The notes: generated by a model not told the origin, from the letters alone. Shown: positions 8,541 through 18,033, counted from the first letter of the stretch. The stretch is 64,000 nucleotides of DNA from Minisyncoccota bacterium (GCA_041664205.1 JBAYLF010000005.1:7063-71062); one strand, 5' to 3'. Made by a program: numbers and translations.

Positions 8541-9509
8541 ATGTTAATAGATGAATTAGAGGTTTATATAAAAGCAGGCCGAGGTGGTAATGGTGTAGTT
8601 CGCTGGCTTCATGAGAAAGGGAAAGAGTTCGGTGGTCCTTCAGGAGGTAATGGCGGAAAAGGTGGCGATGTTTATGTTCACGCTATACGTGATATCGGTC
8701 TTCTTGCTAAATACAGAAACAAAAAAAGTTTTGAGGCGCAACGTGGCGAAGATGGTAGAAAAAATTCCATGCACGGAAAAGATGGCAAAGACATCACTAT
8801 CGATCTTCCTGTAGGTTCAGTAATCACTAACTTAAAAACTGGCAAAAAAATCCAACTTCTTTCTGAAGGAGAAACCGTTATGATATTAAGAGGTGGAAAC
8901 GGTGGACTTGGTAATGAACACTTTAAAGCATCAACAAATGTTCGACCTATAGAATTTACCTTAGGTAAGGAATGCGAAGATGCAGATTTTTTTATTGAGC
9001 TCGAACTTGTAGCAGATGCAGGACTCATAGGTTTCCCAAATGCTGGAAAATCAAGTTTGCTTAATGATCTTACAAATGCGAATGCAAAAGTTGGAAGCTA
9101 TCAGTTTACGACTCTTGAGCCGAACTTGGGAGATATGCACGGATTTATTTTAGCTGACATTCCAGGACTTATTGAAGGCGCTTCACAAGGCAAAGGTTTG
9201 GGTCATAAATTTTTACGTCATATAAAAAGAACAAGACTTCTTATTCATCTTATTTCACTCGAAGAGGATGATGTTTTATCAAAATATGATGTGATCCGTA
9301 AAGAGCTCGAAGATTTTGATAAAGATCTTTCTGAAAAAGAAGAAGTCGTGGTTCTCACAAAAACAGATCTTGTTACTGAAAAAGAATTAAAAGAAAAAGT
9401 TAAGCAGATAAAAAAGAGAAATAAAAAAGTTTTTACCGTTTCCATTTTAGATGATGAAGCTATGAAGAATTTAAAAGACGAATTGGTGAAGATTTTAAGA
9501 AAAATTTAA
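8541..9509 (+). CDS. obgE: GTPase Obg/CgtA (no C-terminal domain)
   Basis: Gly-rich Obg fold (KAGRGGNG, GGPSGGNGGKGGDV), GFPNAGKS, YQFTTLEP, DIPG, TKTD. Confidence 0.97.
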   Translation: MLIDELEVYIKAGRGGNGVVRWLHEKGKEFGGPSGGNGGKGGDVYVHAIRDIGLLAKYRNKKSFEAQRGEDGRKNSMHGKDGKDITIDLPVGSVITNLKTGKKIQLLSEGETVMILRGGNGGLGNEHFKASTNVRPIEFTLGKECEDADFFIELELVADAGLIGFPNAGKSSLLNDLTNANAKVGSYQFTTLEPNLGDMHGFILADIPGLIEGASQGKGLGHKFLRHIKRTRLLIHLISLEEDDVLSKYDVIRKELEDFDKDLSEKEEVVVLTKTDLVTEKELKEKVKQIKKRNKKVFTVSILDDEAMKNLKDELVKILRKI

Positions 9510-9558
9510 AATTTACTAGTCATCTTTCTTCTGTTTAAGAAAGTGATAAAATAATTTT

Positions 9559-10974
9559 ATGAAAGATTATAAAACTACAATTGGTTTGGAAATACATGCA
9601 GAACTCAAAACAAAGACAAAGATGTTTTGTAATTCCAAGAACGATCCCGATGAAGACAAACCTAATGTAAATATCTGCCCTGTATGTATGGGTCATCCTG
9701 GAACTTTGCCTGTTGTAAATAAAGAGGCAGTTAGGCATGTGCTTAGGGTTGGAGTTGCTGTGGGTGGAAAAATTGCCGATTTCACAGAGTTTGATAGAAA
9801 AAACTATTTTTATCCTGATATTCCTAAGGGCTATCAGATAAGCCAATACAAATATCCGCTTGTTAGCGGAGGAATGCTTCGTGGAATAGAAATTACTCGC
9901 GTTCATCTTGAAGAAGATACAGGAACCTCACTTCATGAAGAAGGCGATTACTCTCTATTAAATTACAACCGTGCAGGCGTTCCTTTAATGGAGCTTGTTA
10001 CTGAACCAGTAATTCATACTGCCAAAGACGCTTCGGATTTTGCCCGCGAACTTCAGCTTCTTTTGCGCTATTTGGGCGCAGGTGAGGCCAATATGGAAAA
10101 GGGCGAGATGCGAGTTGAGGCAAATATTTCTGTAAGCGCAGATGAAAAATTAGGCACAAAAGTTGAGGTAAAAAATCTAAACTCATTTAAGACAGTTGAA
10201 AAGGCGATTGAGTATGAAGTAAAAAGACATATCGAAGCGTTGGAGAACGGTGAGCAGATCGTTCAAGAAACAAGAGGTTGGGACGAAGTAAAGCAAGCAA
10301 CTTTCTCTCAGCGAAAAAAAGAGGATTCACACGATTATCGTTATTTTCCTGATCCTGATATTCCAAAATTTAAATTATCAGAATTTCCTGAGTTTAGAGT
10401 TGAAGAAATCAAAAAAGGATTACCGGAACTTCCATGGGAAAAAAGAAAGCGCTATGAAGAAAAATACGGTATAAAGCTTGAAGATGTTGAAATATACGTT
10501 CGCGATAAAAAGTGGGCAGATTATTTTGAAAAAGTTACAGCCGAGTTTAAGGGTGATGTTGAGCTTATTAAACTCGCATCAAATTACATCACTTCAGATC
10601 TTGTTGGGCTTATTAAATCAATAGGTGAAGCAAAATTTCCAGAAGCAATGTTGCTTGCGAAACTTATAAAAATGACGAAGGATTCAATGGTTTCTTCTCG
10701 TGGAGCAAAAGATATTCTAAAAATTATGTATGGTCATGGTGGCGATCCAGAAGAAATTGCAAACAAGGAAGGCTTATTGCAAAAGAGCAATGAAGAAGAA
10801 CTTAAGGCGACTGCAGAAAAAATCATTGCAGCTAATTCTCAAGTCGCAGCCGATTACAAAGCAGGCAAAGAATCTTCTCTTCAGTTTTTGATCGGACAAG
10901 GAATGAAAGAAACAAAAGGAAGCGCAAATCCTCAAGTTCTCAGAAAGATATTTATGGAATTATTGAAGAATTAA
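9559..10974 (+). CDS. gatB: Asp-tRNA(Asn)/Glu-tRNA(Gln) amidotransferase subunit B
   Basis: IGLEIHAEL, CMGHPGTLPV, FDRKNYFYPD..KGYQISQ, YNRAGVPLMELVTEP, DYRYFPDPD. Confidence 0.99.
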   Translation: MKDYKTTIGLEIHAELKTKTKMFCNSKNDPDEDKPNVNICPVCMGHPGTLPVVNKEAVRHVLRVGVAVGGKIADFTEFDRKNYFYPDIPKGYQISQYKYPLVSGGMLRGIEITRVHLEEDTGTSLHEEGDYSLLNYNRAGVPLMELVTEPVIHTAKDASDFARELQLLLRYLGAGEANMEKGEMRVEANISVSADEKLGTKVEVKNLNSFKTVEKAIEYEVKRHIEALENGEQIVQETRGWDEVKQATFSQRKKEDSHDYRYFPDPDIPKFKLSEFPEFRVEEIKKGLPELPWEKRKRYEEKYGIKLEDVEIYVRDKKWADYFEKVTAEFKGDVELIKLASNYITSDLVGLIKSIGEAKFPEAMLLAKLIKMTKDSMVSSRGAKDILKIMYGHGGDPEEIANKEGLLQKSNEEELKATAEKIIAANSQVAADYKAGKESSLQFLIGQGMKETKGSANPQVLRKIFMELLKN

Positions 10975-11006
10975 AAAAATATTTTTTCTGTCATTTCACT
11001 TTCTCT

Positions 11007-11078
11007 TGTCATTCCCGCGAAGGCGGGAATCCAGATTAAACAGAGATAAACTAGATTCCCGCCTTCGCGGGAATGACA
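11007..11078. repeat. 72-bp palindromic element (two inverted dRS3-like/REP-like units), copy 1
   Basis: TGTCATTCCCGCGAAGGCGGGAATC-CAGATTAAACAGAGATAAACTA-GATTCCCGCCTTCGCGGGAATGACA; near-identical copy at 48536-48607. Confidence 0.92.
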
Positions 11079-11126
11079 GATTTTTAAAATAAAAAAAGAC
11101 CGTCTGTAATAGTCGGTCTTTTTGTA

Positions 11127-11414
11127 TTACGATATTTCTTTTTGCTTTTGCCATTCTTCTGAATTGCACCATTCGAGACTGAATAACTCTTTCTTTACAC
11201 TTTTTTTGCCATTTACTATTATTTCAACTTCTATTCTTACAAATTGATTTTTAGCATCTGACTCTAAATGTTTCGTTACTACAGCTCTATTTCCGCGATA
11301 TTCGCCACTTCTTATGTATATTATTCCACCAATCGGAGCATTTCTTTCAATTCTGTCCCTCAGCTGATTATTGTATGATTTATCAGCTTCTTTTAATCTA
11401 TCTTTATCATTCAT
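11127..11414 (-). CDS. Hypothetical protein with KOW-like motif
   Basis: GGIIYIRSGEYRGNRAVV resembles a KOW motif; strong AGGAGGT SD 6 nt upstream of the ATG. Confidence 0.7.
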   Translation of the reverse strand: MNDKDRLKEADKSYNNQLRDRIERNAPIGGIIYIRSGEYRGNRAVVTKHLESDAKNQFVRIEVEIIVNGKKSVKKELFSLEWCNSEEWQKQKEIS

Positions 11415-11609
11415 GTTTTAACCTCCTAAGGCTAGATTTATCGTTAAAATTTAATCTACGATATTCCAATGTCATTATAAGGCATAGACAGGAATAATTA
11501 AAATAATTTAAAATATTCAACAAAAGATATTAACTTCGTCAACACTTAAGTCTTTTAAAGATATTAGTTATAATATAGGAATAATTTATATTTAAAATTA
11601 AATTTCAAT

Positions 11610-12638
11610 ATGGCAAAACTAAAAGTAGCAATTAATGGTGCAGGAAGGATCGGTCGGGCATTTTGTAAGATGGCTCACAAAAGAGAGGGGCTTGATATTG
11701 TCGCGATAAATGATCTAGGAAGTATTGAATCTGTCGCATATCTTTTAAAATATGATACTGCATATGGCATAAGTGATTTATCAGTGAGTGTAAATAAAGA
11801 TAAGACGGCGATTATAATTGATGGTAAGGAAGTAAAATATCTAAGTGAGAAGGATCCTAACAATCTTCCTTGGAAAGCACTTGATGTGGATGTTGTTGTA
11901 GAATCAACAGGTTTGTTTACAACATATGAAAAGGCAAGAGCACATATTAATGCTGGTGCAAAAAAGGTTGTTATAACAGCTCCAGTAAAAGGTGATTCAA
12001 AAGATGAGACAGAAGCAACAGTGCTTTTGGGTATCAATGAAGAAAAATTAAAAACTTGTGTTATTAGCTCAAATGCTTCTTGCACAACAAACGCAGGATC
12101 ACCTCTTATGGCAATTCTTCACGAAAATATTGGTATTGAAAAAGCAATTTTAAATACTGTTCATGCTTATACTGCAAGCCAATCAATAGTTGATGGAATT
12201 AACAAAAAAGATCTAAGAGAAGGACGAGCCGCAGCACAAAACATTGTGCCTTCTTCTACTGGTGCCGCGATTGCAGTTACTAAAGCTTTGCCAGATCTTT
12301 TGGGAAAATTTGATGGAATATCAATGAGAGTGCCAGTAGTCGTAGGTTCAATAGTTGACGTTACATTTATTGCTAAAAGAAATACAAGTTCTGAAGAAGT
12401 AAACGAAATTTTGCAAAAGGCTGCACAAGATCCAAGATGGAAAAATATTTTTACAGTTACAGACGAGCCAATAGTTTCCTCGGACATCAGAGGCAACATT
12501 TATGCATCAATTGCCGATTTGTCTTTTACTCGCGTAGTTGATGGAAATTTGGTAAAGGTTTTGGCGTGGTATGATAATGAAATGGGGTATACGTATACGT
12601 TGGTGGAGCATGTTATAAAGACAGGACAATACTTATAA
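11610..12638 (+). CDS. gap: Type I glyceraldehyde-3-phosphate dehydrogenase
   Basis: INGAGRIGR, VVESTG, catalytic SNASCTTN, STGAA, WYDNEMGY. Confidence 0.99.
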   Translation: MAKLKVAINGAGRIGRAFCKMAHKREGLDIVAINDLGSIESVAYLLKYDTAYGISDLSVSVNKDKTAIIIDGKEVKYLSEKDPNNLPWKALDVDVVVESTGLFTTYEKARAHINAGAKKVVITAPVKGDSKDETEATVLLGINEEKLKTCVISSNASCTTNAGSPLMAILHENIGIEKAILNTVHAYTASQSIVDGINKKDLREGRAAAQNIVPSSTGAAIAVTKALPDLLGKFDGISMRVPVVVGSIVDVTFIAKRNTSSEEVNEILQKAAQDPRWKNIFTVTDEPIVSSDIRGNIYASIADLSFTRVVDGNLVKVLAWYDNEMGYTYTLVEHVIKTGQYL

Positions 12639-12668
12639 TTTTTATTAGCCATAAAATATTTAAAACAT

Positions 12669-13121
12669 ATGAAAATTTTTATTGCCAGTGATCATGCCGG
12701 ATTTAATTTAAAAAAAGAACTTATTGGGCATCTTCGCGAACTAAATTATGACGTTGAAGATAAGGGCGCTTTAACTCTTGATGAGAATGATGATTATCCA
12801 GATTTCATTTCTTTGGTTGCAGAAGAAGTTGCAAAGAATCCCATTGAACATAGAGGTATTGTATTGGGAGGTTCAGGCCAAGGCGAAGCTATAGTAGCAA
12901 ATAGATTTCCAGGTGTTTATGCCGCACTATATTATGGTTCAAATATCGATATCGTAAAATATTCTAGAGAGCATAATAATGCAAATATTCTTTCTCTTGG
13001 TGCAAGATTTCTTTCAGAAGAAGAGGCATTAGATGCAGTTAAGTTATGGTTAGAAACCGATTTTAGTAATGATCCAAGACATGTTCGCAGAATTGGAAAA
13101 ATAGATCAACTTTTAAAATAA
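12669..13121 (+). CDS. rpiB: Ribose-5-phosphate isomerase B
   Basis: ASDHAGFNLK, DDYPD, GGSGQGE, REHNNAN, RHVRRI. Confidence 0.97.
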   Translation: MKIFIASDHAGFNLKKELIGHLRELNYDVEDKGALTLDENDDYPDFISLVAEEVAKNPIEHRGIVLGGSGQGEAIVANRFPGVYAALYYGSNIDIVKYSREHNNANILSLGARFLSEEEALDAVKLWLETDFSNDPRHVRRIGKIDQLLK

Positions 13122-13130
13122 ATTAATGGG

Positions 13131-13796
13131 ATGGAAATTATTCCTGCTATAATACCACAAAGTTTAGATGATCTGCGAGAAAAATTATCGCTTGTTGTTG
13201 ACCGTGTTCCTTTTGTTCAGATAGACGTTACGGATGGACATTTTGTTCACTCAAAAAGTTGGCCATATGATGATAATGGTGAAGAATTTAATCGCATAGT
13301 AAATGGTGATGAAGGACTGCCTTTTTGGGATAAAATTAATTTTGAAATTGATATGATGGTGGAATATCCTGAAGATAAAATCGAGCAGTGGATAAGCGCA
13401 GGAGCTTCAAGAATAGTTTTTCATATAGAAAGCACAAAAAATCCTGAGATCGTTATTGATCATTTAAAAGAGTTGGGTGTAGAAGTTGGAGTCGCTTTAA
13501 ATATTGGCACGCCAGCAGAAATTTTAGATCCTATTGCAGAGAAGATCGATTTTATACAGTGTATGGGAATTGGGAGGATTGGTTTTCAAGGGGAAACTTT
13601 TGATGAACAGGCTATTTCAAAAGTTGCAGATCTAAAAGAAAAATATCCTAACATTCCGATAAGTGTTGATGGTGGAGTTAATTTTGAAAATATAGAAGAA
13701 CTTCGCAATGCTGGAGCAACACGTTTTGTTGTCGGTTCTGCAATATTCGAAAGCGGAGACGTCGAAGATTCTATCGAACAATTTAAAAATTTATAA
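13131..13796 (+). CDS. rpe: Ribulose-phosphate 3-epimerase
   Basis: IDVTDGHFV, FHIES, GFQG, VDGGVN, VVGSAIF; pentose-phosphate operon context. Confidence 0.95.
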   Translation: MEIIPAIIPQSLDDLREKLSLVVDRVPFVQIDVTDGHFVHSKSWPYDDNGEEFNRIVNGDEGLPFWDKINFEIDMMVEYPEDKIEQWISAGASRIVFHIESTKNPEIVIDHLKELGVEVGVALNIGTPAEILDPIAEKIDFIQCMGIGRIGFQGETFDEQAISKVADLKEKYPNIPISVDGGVNFENIEELRNAGATRFVVGSAIFESGDVEDSIEQFKNL

Positions 13797-13846
13797 ATAA
13801 GATTTACGAGTTTGACACATCTCTTTGTCACTCGCTTATAATAATT

Positions 13847-14716
13847 ATGTCTATCGATGATAAAAAAATAAAAGAATTGGAAATTAAAGCTAATCTTATT
13901 CGCGAATCTGTTATAGAGATGTTGCTTGAGGCTGGCTCAGGTCATACTGCAGGTCCACTAGGAATGGCAGACGTTTTCACATATCTTTATTTTCATGCTT
14001 TAAAGTATGATCCTAAAAATCCATTATGGTCTGATCGTGACAGATTAGTAGTTTCAAACGGTCATATCTGCCCAGTGCTTTATGCATCTATGGCTGCTGC
14101 TGGATATTTTCCATATAGTGAACTTTTAACTCTTAGAAAATTTGGTTCGATTCTTCAAGGTCATCCTCAACGCGAAAAGCTTCCTGCTGTTGAAACAAGT
14201 TCGGGTCCTTTAGGTTCAGGTCTTTCTCAGACTGTAGGAATGGCTTTAGCCTCTAGAATTGATAATGGAAAAAATACTTTTAAAAATTTTTTCTATTGCA
14301 TAATGAGCGATGGTGAGCTTGATGAAGGACAAAGTTGGGAAGCGATTATGCTTGCTGGAAAAGAGAAGATTGGAAATTTGATTGCGATTGTTGATCGTAA
14401 TTATATTCAGATAGGTGGTTCTACCGAAGATGTTATGCCTCTTTCTCCGTTATCTCAAAAATGGGAATCATTTAATTGGCATGTTCAAGAAATAGATGGG
14501 CACAACTTCGAAGCTCTTGATATTGCATTTGGACGAGCAAAAGCAGAATTCGAAAAGCCTTCTGTAATTATTGCCCACACTATTCCAGGAAAAGGCGTAG
14601 CAGAATTTGAACGCAATTTTGAGTGGCATGGCAAACCTCCAAGTAAGGAAGAAGCTAAGAGGGCTCTTACTGAACTACGAACGTTGGGTGGAAAGATTAT
14701 AAGCGAACATCAATAA
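13847..14716 (+). CDS. Transketolase, N-terminal (TPP-binding) subunit
   Basis: SGHTAGPLG, RDRLVVSNGH, LQGHP, SDGELDEG...N TPP motif, TIPGKG. Confidence 0.96.
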   Translation: MSIDDKKIKELEIKANLIRESVIEMLLEAGSGHTAGPLGMADVFTYLYFHALKYDPKNPLWSDRDRLVVSNGHICPVLYASMAAAGYFPYSELLTLRKFGSILQGHPQREKLPAVETSSGPLGSGLSQTVGMALASRIDNGKNTFKNFFYCIMSDGELDEGQSWEAIMLAGKEKIGNLIAIVDRNYIQIGGSTEDVMPLSPLSQKWESFNWHVQEIDGHNFEALDIAFGRAKAEFEKPSVIIAHTIPGKGVAEFERNFEWHGKPPSKEEAKRALTELRTLGGKIISEHQ

Positions 14717-14723
14717 AATAAAT

Positions 14724-15719
14724 ATGATTCCAGATTCAAAAAAACTTAATCCAAAAATTTTTGACAACGATGTTGAAAGAATATCTGTTCGCGTTGGATT
14801 TGGTCAAGGTTTACTTGCGGCGGGGGAATTGGACGAAAAAGTTGTGGGGCTTTGCGCAGATCTTACCAATTCAACTCAAATGAACCTCTTTGCAAAGAAA
14901 TTTCCCAATCGTTTTATAGAGGTTGGGGTTGCAGAACAAAATCTTGCCAGCGTTGCATCTGGTGTGGCAGCAATGGGGAAAATACCATTCATTGCTTCTT
15001 ATGCAATGTTTAATCCTGGACGCAATTGGGAACAAATACGCACGACTATTTGTTTCAATAATGTGCCGGTAAAAATAATAGGTTCTCACGTTGGTGTTTC
15101 AGTTGGTCAAGACGGAGGAACGCACCAAGCTCTTGAGGATATTGCTATGATGCGAGTTCTTCCAAATATGGTTGTAATCTCTCCTTGCGATTCTTTAGAA
15201 GCAAAAAAGGCAACTATGGCTTGCGCAAAAACCAACATACCGACATATATCAGGTTGGCTAGAGAAAATACTCCAATTATTACTACAGAAGAAACTCCTT
15301 TTGAGATAGGAAAGGCACAAGTTTTTTTTGAGCCTTCTTCTGGAAAGGTAGATGTAGGGATAATTGCAACAGGCACTTTAGTTTACAAGGCATTGGTTGT
15401 GGCAAAAAAATTAGAAGCAGAAGGAATGGGAGTTAAAGTTCTTAATCTTTCAACTATCAAGCCGATAGACGCAGATGCTATTATTTCACTTTCAAAAGAA
15501 GCAGGTGCGATTGTCACTGTAGAAGAACATCAGATACAAGGCGGGATGGGGAGTGCGGTGTGCGAAGTTCTAACAATGAATAATCCAGTTCCAGTTGAGT
15601 TTGTGGGTGTTAACAATCAATTCGGACAATCTGGAAAACCAGAAGAACTTCTAGAATTTTACGGAATGGGTGAGAGTCATATTATTGAAGCTGTTAAAAA
15701 GGTTGTGAAAAGAAAGTAA
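14724..15719 (+). CDS. Transketolase, C-terminal subunit
   Basis: ADL, GVAEQN, DGGTHQALED, YIRLAR, IKPID, VEEH...GGMGS. Confidence 0.96.
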   Translation: MIPDSKKLNPKIFDNDVERISVRVGFGQGLLAAGELDEKVVGLCADLTNSTQMNLFAKKFPNRFIEVGVAEQNLASVASGVAAMGKIPFIASYAMFNPGRNWEQIRTTICFNNVPVKIIGSHVGVSVGQDGGTHQALEDIAMMRVLPNMVVISPCDSLEAKKATMACAKTNIPTYIRLARENTPIITTEETPFEIGKAQVFFEPSSGKVDVGIIATGTLVYKALVVAKKLEAEGMGVKVLNLSTIKPIDADAIISLSKEAGAIVTVEEHQIQGGMGSAVCEVLTMNNPVPVEFVGVNNQFGQSGKPEELLEFYGMGESHIIEAVKKVVKRK

Positions 15720-15741
15720 TTCTATTAAACTATACCGAGAT

Positions 15742-15960
15742 ATGGAAATAATCGCAGGTGGAATTTATCAACATTTCAAAAACAAAAAGTTTTATAAAGT
15801 CATAGGCGTTGGCAAGAACAGCGAGACTATGGAGGATGTTGTTATATACGAACCTCAGTATGAATCAGAAGTTAAATTTTGGGTTCGTCCAATAAAAATG
15901 TTTTGTGAGGAATTGGAGCATGAAGGTATAAAACAGCCAAGATTTAAATTCATAAAATAA
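15742..15960 (+). CDS. DUF1653 family protein
   Basis: GIYQHFK..FYKVIG...NSET.E.VVIY...WVRP..MF.......PRF. Confidence 0.88.
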   Translation: MEIIAGGIYQHFKNKKFYKVIGVGKNSETMEDVVIYEPQYESEVKFWVRPIKMFCEELEHEGIKQPRFKFIK

Positions 15961-15965
15961 AATAC

Positions 15966-15998
15966 AAAAAACTCTGACAGAATTTGTCAGAGTTTTTT
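15966..15998. terminator. Bidirectional intrinsic terminator
   Basis: AAAAAACTCTGACA-GAATT-TGTCAGAGTTTTTT. Confidence 0.82.
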
Positions 15999-16006
15999 AA
16001 TTTAAT

Positions 16007-16483
16007 TTATTTTATAGGACCGATCCTTGTGATAATTAATGAATTGATCTCGATCATTATTTTTTCGGTTTCTCTTTTAAGTTCTCCTAAACGTTTTTCT
16101 AGATCTACCTCTTTTAATAAAACGTCATCAGTTTTATTTTCAAAGTCTTTTAATAGTTCTTTTAATTTTTCTATTCTTTCTTTTTCCTCATTAGATAGTT
16201 CGTCTATTTTTTTTATATCATCGCCATACTGATCATAAATCTTGGTTATATTTTTGATAATTTCATCTCTTTCTGCTTCAAGATGCTCAAGATTTGTTTG
16301 AATTAGTTGAGCTTCTGTTATGGCAGTTTCAAGATCCTTCTTTAATTGTTCTCCTCTAAGAACTTTTTCAGTATCAGATTTAATTTTTTCAGCTTCTCTA
16401 AGTATGCTTTGTGTTCGAGGATCTTTTAAAAGTTCGTTTTCATTATCATGTTCATCTTGCGGGTCAAAATTTTCTTTTGTCAT
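16007..16483 (-). CDS. Hypothetical acidic coiled-coil protein
   Basis: Heptad-like E/K/L/I pattern throughout; no motif recognised. Confidence 0.75.
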   Translation of the reverse strand: MTKENFDPQDEHDNENELLKDPRTQSILREAEKIKSDTEKVLRGEQLKKDLETAITEAQLIQTNLEHLEAERDEIIKNITKIYDQYGDDIKKIDELSNEEKERIEKLKELLKDFENKTDDVLLKEVDLEKRLGELKRETEKIMIEINSLIITRIGPIK

Positions 16484-16519
16484 TTTATTAAATTTCTAAC
16501 TTATATCTTTAATCCAGAT

Positions 16520-16942
16520 TTATTTGCCTGCTTTTTTAGAATGGATTACAGAAAATCTTTGTGCTACTAATCTTAATTGTGAAGCAAGTTCGTTTAATTC
16601 ATTTCCTATTTGAGCCGCTTGTGCGAGTGCCTCACTCAGATCTTTTTTTGAATCTTCGATTACTCTATTTAACAGAGTTTTTTCAGATATTTCTTCTGGT
16701 GTGGGTTCTTCTTTTGCAACTAAATCAAGATATCTTTCTGTGGCATCATTCATATCAGCGATAATTTTATCAGTTTCCGCTTTGATCTCATTTAGTTGTT
16801 CTTTTAGTTTTTCTTGTTCTACTGCTAATTTTCTGTAATTAGCGTCCTTGTTTTCTGGCGTTTGTTGTGTCGATTCAGGCGTTTTTTTTACTTGTTCTTG
16901 TGGAACTGGATTATTTTCAATACCTTCAAGTTTATTTGTCAT
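16520..16942 (-). CDS. Hypothetical coiled-coil protein
   Basis: E/Q/K/A-rich helical sequence; co-oriented downstream of pfkB. Confidence 0.75.
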   Translation of the reverse strand: MTNKLEGIENNPVPQEQVKKTPESTQQTPENKDANYRKLAVEQEKLKEQLNEIKAETDKIIADMNDATERYLDLVAKEEPTPEEISEKTLLNRVIEDSKKDLSEALAQAAQIGNELNELASQLRLVAQRFSVIHSKKAGK

Positions 16943-16961
16943 ATTAGTTTATTTTTTAAAT

Positions 16962-17966
16962 TTATAATTTTTTTGGTTTATAATCTGCTGGCGCTTCAGC
17001 TAAGTATTTTTCTAATTGCGCTAGTGTTAGAAGTCCTTTTTGTGCGCCTATCTGTTGAACAACGGACATGGAATTTATCGGAGCCCATTGCAATGCTTCT
17101 GGAATTGATTTTCCAAGAATTATTGCGCTTGTAAATGTTGATGAAAAAGCATCACCTGCGCCAGTTCGGCTTATTGGTGGTCTTGGATCAGGATACATTG
17201 GTCCGAACCATATGTCAGTGCCATCATAAGCGTAAGCGCCATTGGGTCCGTCGGTTATCGATATAATTTTAGGTCCAAGATTTCTAAGGCCGATCAGTAA
17301 ATCTTTTATATCTTTATTAAATGTTCCTAAAATTCTTTGAGCTTCTTCTTTATTGCAGAAAAATAATTCAGAATTTTTATAAATTTTCTTAAGTTTCTCG
17401 TAACCTATTTTTATTTGAAAAGTTCCTGGTTGGAATACCATTTTGGTTTCTGGATGAGCTTCGACATAATCAGCAATCTGTTGTTGGTATGGTAGGGAAT
17501 TTTCTGCAAGGGAACTTAAATAAATCCAACGTGGAGGAATAGCAATATTGGGGAAATTATAATCATACAAATGGTGTTTTACCAAAATTGTTCGTTCATC
17601 TTTAAAACGTAAGACATAGTGATAGTTAGTTTCTTCGCCTTTTTGCGTCGTGACAAATTCGGTGTTGATGCCTTCTTTTTCTAATTGTTCTAAACATTCT
17701 CTGCCGTTATCATCATCGCCTATGTGTGTAACGATTGCAGAATTGAGTCCTAATCTATGTGCTGACACAGCTGCATTCGTGCTGTTTCCTACTGCTGGCA
17801 CTACTTCAACGGATTCATAAGGAATCTTGTCTCCAAAACTCATGCATAATTTTTTTTCTGATTTTGCATCATCATATTCGATCTCTGCCTCTTTAAGTAA
17901 AATAAAAGCATCAGTTACGATATCGCCGAATCCCAAAAAATCAATTTTTTTTTCAACATTTTCCAT
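16962..17966 (-). CDS. PfkB family carbohydrate kinase
   Basis: GNSTNAAVSAHRLG, IGDD, CNKEEA, ITDGPNGA, RTGAGDAF. Confidence 0.95.
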   Translation of the reverse strand: MENVEKKIDFLGFGDIVTDAFILLKEAEIEYDDAKSEKKLCMSFGDKIPYESVEVVPAVGNSTNAAVSAHRLGLNSAIVTHIGDDDNGRECLEQLEKEGINTEFVTTQKGEETNYHYVLRFKDERTILVKHHLYDYNFPNIAIPPRWIYLSSLAENSLPYQQQIADYVEAHPETKMVFQPGTFQIKIGYEKLKKIYKNSELFFCNKEEAQRILGTFNKDIKDLLIGLRNLGPKIISITDGPNGAYAYDGTDIWFGPMYPDPRPPISRTGAGDAFSSTFTSAIILGKSIPEALQWAPINSMSVVQQIGAQKGLLTLAQLEKYLAEAPADYKPKKL

Positions 17967-18033
17967 ATTATTAATATTAGTTATGTATTTCTAATCATTT
18001 TAACATAATTATAAATTTTGCTACAATACGCGT

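Noticed and set aside
11007-11078. CRISPR array interpretation of the palindromic repeats
   Set aside because: Only two inverted units per locus, the spacer is the same in both copies, and there are no cas genes
17967-18033. Upstream prfB fragment with +1 frameshift
   Set aside because: No CTTTGA site or suitable ORF in the 67-nt region, which holds promoter-like sequence
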